This document shows, piece after piece, positions 58,501 to 64,000 of a DNA stretch of 64,000 nucleotides. The notes beneath the pieces were generated by a model. It worked only from the letters and a program-made list of their open reading frames with translations, ran no database searches and was not told the DNA's origin. The DNA comes from Myxococcota bacterium. Its GTDB lineage: Bacteria; Myxococcota_A; Bradymonadia; UBA4248. Position 1 is the stretch's first letter. Each line of letters opens with the position of its first letter. The DNA is taken from contig JAZUKH010000280.1 of the NCBI GenBank assembly GCA_045643185.1, positions 1,448 to 65,447 on the forward strand. The letters are read 5' to 3'. The translations under genes and the position numbers were made by a program.

Positions 58501-61500
58501 CCCGAGTCATCACACATGTACTTGGGCTGAATGATGCAGTTCTTGCAGCCATCGATATCGGCGCCAAAGTCGCATTCTTCATCGCCATTGATGACGCCAT
58601 CGCCGCAACGATCCGCGAGCGTACAATCCGATTTACAACCGCCGTAGGCGCCCGTGTTGTAAGCTTCGCCATCGTCACAAACTTCGGGATGCGACGCATC
58701 ACCGTTCACGATGCCATCGCCGCAGTAAGCATTCTTGATGCACTTGCTGGAGCAGCCATCATAGACGCCATCCGCATTGGCAGAACCGTTATCACATTCT
58801 TCGCCTTCCGTCGTGTCGACGTTGCCGTCGCCGCAGTAGGACGCAAGCGTACAATCCGATTTACAACCGCCATAAAGGCCGTCATTGTAACCATCATCAC
58901 ACGCTTCCTTGCCCTCTTCGACGATGCCATCGCCGCAGAAGCGGTCGATCTTACAAGCGCTGTTGCACTTGTTGTAGCCGCCGACGTTCTGGTCAGCGTC
59001 ATCGCATTGTTCGCCGGCATTGGTATCGGTATGACCATCGCCGCAACGGGGTCCAAGCTGACAACTGGTCGTACAGCCGCCATAGACGGTGTCATTGTTA
59101 TTGACGCCGTTATCACAGACTTCAGAACCGTTGACTTTGCCATCACCGCAATAGGTGTTGGGACCGGAGCATTTAGCATTACAAGAATCGGCGCCATAAC
59201 CAGTGCCGTTCGACGCGCCGTTATCACAGACTTCGTCGCCATTCTTAATGCCGTCACCGCACCACGGGCCCCACTTGCATTCGCTGGTGCAGCTCGAGTG
59301 TTCGGCGAGTTTGTAAAGACCGGTGTTCTTGGCCGAACCAAAGTCGCAATCTTCGCCCGGGTCGACGTTGCCGTCACCGCACGAAGCGTTCACACCGGAG
59401 CAGTTGGCGTTACAGGAATCAGCGCCGTAACCGGTGCCGTTCGACGCGCCGTTATCGCAGACTTCGCTGCCGTTCTTGACGCCATCGCCGCAATACGGAC
59501 CGATTTCGCACTTCGTCGTGCAGGAACCTTCGCCGTAAGCTGCGTCGCTGTTAGCCGAGCCGTTATCACAGGCTTCGCTGCCATTTTTAACGCCGTCGCC
59601 GCAACGCGGACCAAGTTCGCAACTGGTCGTGCAGCCGTTGTAGGCGCTGTCATTGTTGGCCGAGCCGTTATCACAGGCTTCATCGCCATTCTGAGTGCCG
59701 TCACCGCACCAGCTGTTAGCCCCAGAACACGTCGCGTTACACGAATCCAGACCGTAGCCGGAACCGTTACGCGCGCCGTTATCACATTTTTCGCTGGCAT
59801 CCACGACGCCGTCGCCGCACTTGTGAGCAACGCCCGAACAACTCGCGTTACAGCTGTCGTCGCCGTAAGCATCGTCGCTGTTAGCCGCGCCGTTATCGCA
59901 AACTTCACCAGCCGACGCGTCGACGTTACCGTCGCCGCAGTAGCGAGCTACGCCCGAACAATCCGCTTTGCAGCTGTCGAGACCGTAGGCCGTGTCGCTG
60001 TTCAAACGCACGCCGTTATCGCAGACTTCGCCCTGATCGGCCTGAACCACGCCGTCACCGCAATAGAACGCCAAACCTGAACACGTCGAGTTACAGCTAT
60101 CCTCGCCATAGGCGGTGTCGCTGTTTTTCGCACCGTTATCACATTTTTCTTTGCCTGCATCGGCTTTGTCATCACCGCAGTGCGGACCGAGCTGACACTT
60201 GGTCGTGCAGCCATTGTAAGCCGTATCGCTGTTCGATTTACCGTTATCACAGACTTCCGGATGATCGGCATCGCCATTCACTTCACCGTCGCCGCAATAC
60301 GCAGCCTTCGTGCAGTCCGCATTGCAGCCGCCATAGGCACCCGTGTTCTTGTCTTTGCCAAGGTCGCATTCTTCGCGGCCATTGACGATGCCGTCACCGC
60401 AATACGCCGAGACGGTGCAATCCGAATTACAACCGGTGCCGTCCGCAACGTATTTGCCGTTATTACCACGCGTGCCAAGGTCGCACGCTTCATTGGCGTC
60501 GACCACGCCGTCACCGCAATACGAGGCGAGCTGACATTCGACCGTGCAACCGCCATAGGCGCCCGTGTTGAGCGAAGCACCAGAAGCGTCGACGCCAAGG
60601 TCGCATTTTTCGTAAGGCGCCGTGACGACGCCATCACCGCAGTACGCAACGCGTTGACAATGCGTGTCGCAACCGTCGATGCCATAAGCGCGGTCGTTGT
60701 TGCCCGGACCGTTATCACAGGCTTCGTTGTACGCCGCGTCGACCACGCCGTCGCCGCATTTGGGCGTCGCCGTACAGTCGGGATTACACGTGCCATACGC
60801 GCCCGTGTTGCCTGCATCGCCAAGGTCGCATTCTTCACCCGAACCCGGATCGACATAACCGTTACCGCAACGACCAGGCAGCGTACATGCCGGCGTACAC
60901 GTGCCATATTCACCCGTGTTGCCGTCTTCGCCGAGGTCGCATTCTTCTTTCTGATCGGCATCGACTTTGCCGTCGCCGCAACGTGAAGACAACGTACAGT
61001 CGGTGTTACACGTGCCATCAGTGCCCGAGTTGTTTTCTTTGCCAAGGTCGCATTCTTCGGCGCCGTTCTGTTCACCGTCGCCGCAGTAAGGCGCGACCGT
61101 ACAGTCGGCGTTACAACCCGTACCATCGGCCACATACGCGCCGTTGTTCTTGGCTGAACCGTTATCGCAGAGTTCGTCGCCATTGACCTCACCGTCGCCG
61201 CAGTAAAATTCTGCGCCAGAGCAGTCATCTTTACAACCGGCATCAGAACCGTCACCGACCTTGCTGTAACCGCCCACGTTGAGCGAAGCAAGCGTTGACT
61301 TATCAACGCCAAGGTCGCACTTTTCATTGCCGTTCAAAATACCGTCACCGCAGTATTCAGCGAGCGATCGGCAGTCGGCATTACAATGCCCGTACGTGCC
61401 CGGACCACCCGTCAATTCGCCAGTTCCCGGGTTAAGGTAACCTTCGTCGCAGACTTCAGCGCCCGGCGTCACAACACCGTCACCGCAGAACGGCATTTTC

Positions 61501-62894
61501 GTGGTGCAATCATTGGAACAGCCGCCGTATTCGCCGTTGTTGATTCCGTCGTCGCAGGCTTCCTTGAGCACGGCCCCCGTGTCAGGGTCAATTCCGATCT
61601 CGTCGATCTTGCCGTTACCGCAATACGCATCAGCGTGTTTACAGTTGGCCGAGCAGTGACCATAACCGCCTTCGCCGCCCGACGGGATCTTGTTACCCGC
61701 TTCATCGGTCGTCCAAAGCATCGGCTTACCATCGGCGTCCAACTTGCCATCGTCGCATTCTTCGCCCGGATCCGGGTTACCGTCACCGCAAAAGCCCGTC
61801 CACTGGCAGCTGTAGCAGTTCGCGGCGCCGCGGCTGACATCCCAGCCGTAGTCAGGCTGATCCGTATTTTTCGAAATGGGACCATAGTCGCAGTCTTCGC
61901 CACCTGCAGCATCGACGACTTCATCGCCGCAGCCTTTCGGCAAACACGACGTGTAGCCGCTCGACGTCGTCGAACACGTCCACCCTTCTTCGAGCGTACA
62001 CGTGTCAGAGCACCCGTCACCGGCCGAGGTATTACCGTCGTCGCATTCTTCCTTACCCGCCACAATGCGGTCACCGCAACGCGTCACGCAACCATCTTTC
62101 GTGCATTTCCAGCCTTTTTCGACCTTGCACTCGACCGAGCAGCCGTCGCCGTTGATCCCGTTGCCATCATCGCACTGTTCGTCCGACGTCAACAGGCCGT
62201 TACCGCAGATCTTTTCGTAAGCCGTGTCGCAGAGTTCGCCGGGGATCGGGCAAACATAGCCTTCTTCCAGCTGACATTCAGAGGAACAGCCATCGCCGCT
62301 ATCCACGTTACCATCGTCGCACTGCTCAGAGCCGACGATGATACCGTCGCTACAAATCTCTTTGCAGCCGTCGTCGCCGCATTTCCAGCCATTTTCGATC
62401 GTGCAACGCGCCGAACAGCCGTCGCCGTCCAAGGTATTACCGTCGTCGCAGCGCTCGTTGTCAGCTTTCACGCCGTCACCACACGTGTTTTTCGCAACGT
62501 GTTTAGAACAGGCACCACCGTTTTTCGGACAATCATACCCGTCTTCGATGGCCTTACAGTTAGCAAGGCAACCGTCGCCGGAATTTGTATTGCCGTCGTC
62601 ACAGGCTTCGCCATCCTCGATCGTGCCGTTGCCGCAGGTCTCCGCGCTCTCTTCCATCGAGCAAACCGTGCCATCGCACTTCCACCCCGCTTCGAGCTGG
62701 CACGCCGACGAACAACCATCGTTGCTCGCCGTGTTCCCGTCGTCGCAGGACTCGCCGACGTTAAGAACGCCATCACCACACACGCCGCCTTCCACAGGTT
62801 CATTCCCGTGTTTGCCACCGTTGTCGTGACTGCAACCTAACAGGCCGCATGCACCACAAAGACACATCGCCCATATCCAGGTTTGGGTTCTCAT
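52596..62894 (-). CDS. giant (3432 aa) secreted cysteine-rich repeat lipoprotein: about 60 TIGR02232-type 'Myxococcus cysteine-rich repeats' flanking a central fibro-slime/PA14-like region
   Basis: Start ATG complement of 62892-62894 after an AGGAGGA RBS. Lipobox 'LLGCSHD'. Repeats 'CGDG..NG.EECDDGN...GDGCS..C'. Central about 450 aa lack repeats and contain 'FTGDDDVWAFINRKQFVDLGGL' (fibro-slime/PA14-like motif). Antisense ORFs are rejected. Confidence 0.85.
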   Translation of the reverse strand: MRTQTWIWAMCLCGACGLLGCSHDNGGKHGNEPVEGGVCGDGVLNVGESCDDGNTASNDGCSSACQLEAGWKCDGTVCSMEESAETCGNGTIEDGEACDDGNTNSGDGCLANCKAIEDGYDCPKNGGACSKHVAKNTCGDGVKADNERCDDGNTLDGDGCSARCTIENGWKCGDDGCKEICSDGIIVGSEQCDDGNVDSGDGCSSECQLEEGYVCPIPGELCDTAYEKICGNGLLTSDEQCDDGNGINGDGCSVECKVEKGWKCTKDGCVTRCGDRIVAGKEECDDGNTSAGDGCSDTCTLEEGWTCSTTSSGYTSCLPKGCGDEVVDAAGGEDCDYGPISKNTDQPDYGWDVSRGAANCYSCQWTGFCGDGNPDPGEECDDGKLDADGKPMLWTTDEAGNKIPSGGEGGYGHCSANCKHADAYCGNGKIDEIGIDPDTGAVLKEACDDGINNGEYGGCSNDCTTKMPFCGDGVVTPGAEVCDEGYLNPGTGELTGGPGTYGHCNADCRSLAEYCGDGILNGNEKCDLGVDKSTLASLNVGGYSKVGDGSDAGCKDDCSGAEFYCGDGEVNGDELCDNGSAKNNGAYVADGTGCNADCTVAPYCGDGEQNGAEECDLGKENNSGTDGTCNTDCTLSSRCGDGKVDADQKEECDLGEDGNTGEYGTCTPACTLPGRCGNGYVDPGSGEECDLGDAGNTGAYGTCNPDCTATPKCGDGVVDAAYNEACDNGPGNNDRAYGIDGCDTHCQRVAYCGDGVVTAPYEKCDLGVDASGASLNTGAYGGCTVECQLASYCGDGVVDANEACDLGTRGNNGKYVADGTGCNSDCTVSAYCGDGIVNGREECDLGKDKNTGAYGGCNADCTKAAYCGDGEVNGDADHPEVCDNGKSNSDTAYNGCTTKCQLGPHCGDDKADAGKEKCDNGAKNSDTAYGEDSCNSTCSGLAFYCGDGVVQADQGEVCDNGVRLNSDTAYGLDSCKADCSGVARYCGDGNVDASAGEVCDNGAANSDDAYGDDSCNASCSGVAHKCGDGVVDASEKCDNGARNGSGYGLDSCNATCSGANSWCGDGTQNGDEACDNGSANNDSAYNGCTTSCELGPRCGDGVKNGSEACDNGSANSDAAYGEGSCTTKCEIGPYCGDGVKNGSEVCDNGASNGTGYGADSCNANCSGVNASCGDGNVDPGEDCDFGSAKNTGLYKLAEHSSCTSECKWGPWCGDGIKNGDEVCDNGASNGTGYGADSCNAKCSGPNTYCGDGKVNGSEVCDNGVNNNDTVYGGCTTSCQLGPRCGDGHTDTNAGEQCDDADQNVGGYNKCNSACKIDRFCGDGIVEEGKEACDDGYNDGLYGGCKSDCTLASYCGDGNVDTTEGEECDNGSANADGVYDGCSSKCIKNAYCGDGIVNGDASHPEVCDDGEAYNTGAYGGCKSDCTLADRCGDGVINGDEECDFGADIDGCKNCIIQPKYMCDDSGCYRDACGNNQRDASEVCDPTVDGTTMCTNACQPVSGYMCQGYSASTKRCPVEYCCASGTIPTNGQACTADSRDDAENVWCRPISDLYGDGIVQHDFEKCDDHNTDKGDGCYEGQIEPGYICPNEGEHCVAAACGDGIRAWGEACDDGNNNDGDGCSARCQREEGYACTYTMNEKTVCSATKGYCGDGIVQYGEACDDGNTTSGDGCNENCEIETHYACPENGGECSPAAEIDSSVYCGNGVIDKVVELDGVKYQLAEECDDGNDAANDGCDACKLESNYHVDEDGHAVKGKCRDGILDIGEECDDGNHYPNDGCSPSCKREVMFDEYIDDDTGKATYTPKCGDGITLWMIPKRDNNGLVMCEGGTTAATKEECPNGKFVPAEACDDGNMVSGDGCSSQCEVEPGFDCTDFASMKSDPYVDIDISYYDFRATQSHGTGDGWMTTALLGEFYSVSNACTNLLTCSGYYIDGTCYSNRSCSGYENGGKCYSKRTCSTGNEYNDQCYECRKTNYQNFKTSNGAQCCNTKGTTCYSSNTYIRTVNFTYSDEIPYTYSNAIDMSYNDWYVGYGFPDFGCGPYYQRNKPATHNGNIDWTVNKGCTGMVENELDADGKPVLVSNWGSKACGAKDNGQYYITDQVTCPGTFYYWYRELSGLNKKFDTTLRLFREGDSGAKYVFDAANPCKTINGTRVCAKNYDGSDMAIVEDHDYIQAHFYPLQKVGYDDGKEGRGSVRTFGNFSSELHTFFQYKGGEKLDFTGDDDVWAFINRKQFVDLGGLRGGDQADNTLSNQRCTLDGETFDDMVCDPRYDIYEDGIYELHFFQTERCDQGSMYKLTLDGFLKTGKSTCTGGGTLCGNGSVDAGEQCDKNADGSWPVNCNQTTCKYMVCGDGVVDTAMGEQCDDGAANGDSCTSNCQYAVCGDGEVAESKGEACDDGKDQNKADNYGKGLCNDKCELAPFCGDGEIDSLNGEQCDNGADNKASAYGEGACTDACKLAPRCGDGKVNGKEQCDNGASNSDSAYGSDGCLTTCRKAPRCGDGNIDAGHEVCDNGARNSNDAYGDNSCNADCSGKALYCGDGKVNGKEQCDDGVNDGSYNGCNADCTFAPRCGDGVKDAGEDCDYGKANEDGVYGGCSTKCKLNAFCGDGTKNGNEQCDNGTSNNKGEYNGCNQDCTLASYCGDGIVDEGHEVCDNGTANNTGAYDGCTSTCQLGPYCGDGDKNGDEECDLGSSNVDGVYGGCSTLCMLNAYCGDGIKNGSEQCDDGTANNKGEYDGCDATCKLGPYCGDGTKNGDEDCDNGAENSNTAYNGCTKACVLGPRCGDGIRNGSEVCDDGASNGSNIYNGCNSDCSGYVQFCGDGIKNGDEACDDGTAGNTGAYGGCKANCTLAAYCGDGIRNGSEVCDDGATNGQDIYNGCNSDCSGYVQFCGDGIKNGDEECDDPAGNTGAYGGCKANCTLAAYCGDGIKNGDEACDFGVEFNDNSYNGCKSDCTKANVCGDGVLDPVNEECDDPAGNTGAYGGCKANCTRAAYCGDGIKNGDEVCDDGEHNGADVYDGCNADCSGYVQFCGDGIKNGDEECDDPAGNTGAYGGCKANCTLAAFCGDGIKNGDADHPEACDYGDDNNNEYGGCTKDCQLAAYCGDGVVDTDNEVCDDPNGNTGAYNGCRSTCQLGPYCGDGMKNGDADHPEECDYGTEGNTGVYGSCNADCTRAPYCGDKNIDTEAGETCDPGTGNFSDAYGGCKKNCRLAAYCGDGRVNGDEDHPEYCDKGAANEDNLYGGCSTSCTLNAYCGDGILNGDADHPEICDNGENNSNALYNGCRTDCTLGPRCGDGIVQYDDSTVDGPKEVCDDGDANGSGRYNGCNATCSGLEHFCGDGVLDSEEACDNGANNNDDAYGGCSTKCKLNAFCGDGHVDAGEECDNGTDGNTGAYGGCNTNCTRAAYCGDGIKNGDEACDFRDPKVSSCNESCQFNVY

Positions 62895-63123
62895 ATTTCC
62901 TCCTATCACAAACAAAATTGTTTGTGCTCGTTTCGGATCCGCGCCCCCTATGGGCGCTATATACACAAATACACTATATTATATGCAATGCACGCTTCAA
63001 CTTCAACGACTAAGCACGCATTTTGACCATGGTTAGCCCAATTGCCTATTATTTTAGGCGCGGCTATTTCATACGCCGCGCCCGCGTCGCTTCTCCCTCG
63101 CTTGAGCCGCCCGTACCGGACGG

Positions 63124-63270
63124 CTCTACGCTCGGTCAATACGCGACGCGTTTTTTATTTACTCTACGCTCGGTCAATACGCGACGCGTTTTTTATTTAC
63201 TCTACGCTCGGTCAATACGCGACGCGTTTTTTATTTACTCTACGCTCGGTCAATACGTGACGCGTTGTCA
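63124..63270. repeat. 38-bp direct tandem repeat x4 (CTCTACGCTCGGTCAATACGCGACGCGTTTTTTATTTA)
   Basis: Seen directly in the intergenic region upstream of the giant gene. Confidence 0.85.
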
Positions 63271-63276
63271 TTTGAA

Positions 63277-63440
63277 AGCGAAGGCGTATCGGCAAAGCCG
63301 ATAGCCGAAGCCGCGCGCCGTATTTGCGTAAGCAAATAGGCGCACGAAAAAAAATAATAAAGCGAAGGCGTATCGGCAAAGCCGATAGCCGAAGCTGCGC
63401 GCCGTATTTGCGTGAGCAAATAGGCGCACGAAAAAATATT
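63277..63440. repeat. about 84-bp direct repeat x2 containing REP-like palindromes (TATCGGCAAAGCCGATA; CGCCGTATTTGCG-AAGC-AAATAGGCG)
   Basis: AAAGCGAAGGCGTATCGGCAAAGCCGATAGCCGAAGC[C/T]GCGCGCCGTATTTGCGT[A/G]AGCAAATAGGCGCACGAAAAAA occurs twice. Confidence 0.8.
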
Positions 63441-63574
63441 AATAAATAATAATTTTTATCAAAGCATGACAATATGTTTATTTTTCAATGACATACACAG
63501 AGTACAAAAAAAGGCCGCACGGATTAGGTGCGGCCTTGAGGCTCGGAGCTAAGCCCCGAGATCAGAATGAACGG

Positions 63575-64000
63575 TTAGTACACGTTGAACTGACAGGATT
63601 CGCTGCAACCACTCGCCTTTGGATCGCGGAAGTCGCAGGCTTCGTCGCCGTTCTTGATGCCATCGCCGCAGTAGGCAGCGCGCGTGCAGTTGGTATTGCA
63701 ACCGCCGTAAGCGCCCGTGTTTGCCGCCGCGCCATCGTCGCATTCCTCGCCGTTGTCCGTGTCGATACGACCGTCACCGCAGTAGGAAGCGAGCGTGCAG
63801 TTGACATTACAGCCGCCGTAACCACCGACGTTGTTGTCAGCGCCGAGGTCGCAGGCTTCTTCCGGATCGAGCGTACCGTCGCCGCAACGACGACCGAGCT
63901 GACAATTTGCCGTACAGCCGTTGTAGGCATCCGTGCCGTTGGCTGAGCCCTTGTCACAGACTTCGCCTTCGTCGGCCTGAATGACCCCGTCACCGCAGCG
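63575..64000 (-). CDS. C-terminal part of a second cysteine-rich repeat protein (tandem paralog of the giant gene; continues beyond window)
   Basis: The last about 150 nt (63575-63730) are nearly identical to 52596-52750, including C-terminal '...CNESCQFNVY*' and the downstream hairpin. The track ORF 63562..63993 is in the wrong frame. Confidence 0.75.
   Translation of the reverse strand, partial: RCGDGVIQADEGEVCDKGSANGTDAYNGCTANCQLGRRCGDGTLDPEEACDLGADNNVGGYGGCNVNCTLASYCGDGRIDTDNGEECDDGAAANTGAYGGCNTNCTRAAYCGDGIKNGDEACDFRDPKASGCSESCQFNVY

Noticed and set aside
53115-60986. Several 170-740-aa plus-strand and alternate-frame minus-strand ORFs (e.g. 53115..55037, 57855..60080, 60278..61327)
   Set aside because: All lie inside the giant Cys-rich gene. 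They are Ala/Val/Thr/Arg-rich mirror translations of the GC-rich Cys/Asp/Gly codon repeats. Only the 52596..62894 frame gives a coherent signal peptide plus repeat architecture.
63124-63440. Possible CRISPR array (38-bp and 84-bp repeats)
   Set aside because: Units are contiguous without spacers. This is an intergenic tandem or minisatellite-like array instead.

Overview
This is a bacterial chromosomal window of about 55-60% GC, mixing conserved housekeeping genes with accessory and lineage-specific content. The signalling repertoire (a Ser/Thr kinase and several FHA proteins), the TIGR02232-type 'Myxococcus cysteine-rich repeat' proteins, the desulfoferrodoxin and the many acidic low-complexity insertions fit a Myxococcota/Bdellovibrionota-like lineage, possibly anaerobic or microaerophilic. 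I cannot verify taxonomy from the sequence. Housekeeping genes: rpsI-rplM; the rpsP-KH-rimM-trmD-rplS operon; clpX; era-der; lepB; rnhA; a NUDIX-RlmN fusion; mtnP; desulfoferrodoxin (dfx); two tandem tRNA-Pro(GGG). Accessory or unusual content: (1) at the 5' edge, a gamma-class N6-adenine methyltransferase translationally coupled to an SNF2-type helicase and followed by a YraN-like PD-(D/E)xK nuclease, a split restriction-like/defence candidate; (2) two tandem paralogous single-pass membrane proteins with a shared upstream TTGACG promoter motif; (3) a two-gene module of extremely acidic proteins with poly-Asp tracts and short repeated linear motifs; (4) a 3432-aa cysteine-rich repeat lipoprotein with a central fibro-slime/PA14-like region, a tandem truncated paralog sharing its 3' end and terminator, and intergenic tandem repeats; (5) an orphan phage gpV/gp5-like baseplate spike gene; (6) a previously unnoticed MITE/REP-like intergenic element family with conserved termini (4 full copies plus shorter palindromic relatives), and a second conserved about 65-nt hairpin element in 2 copies; (7) AT-rich, probably horizontally acquired islands carrying an Rpn-family nuclease and a Cys-rich lipoprotein. 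Most long ORFs antisense to these genes are spurious.
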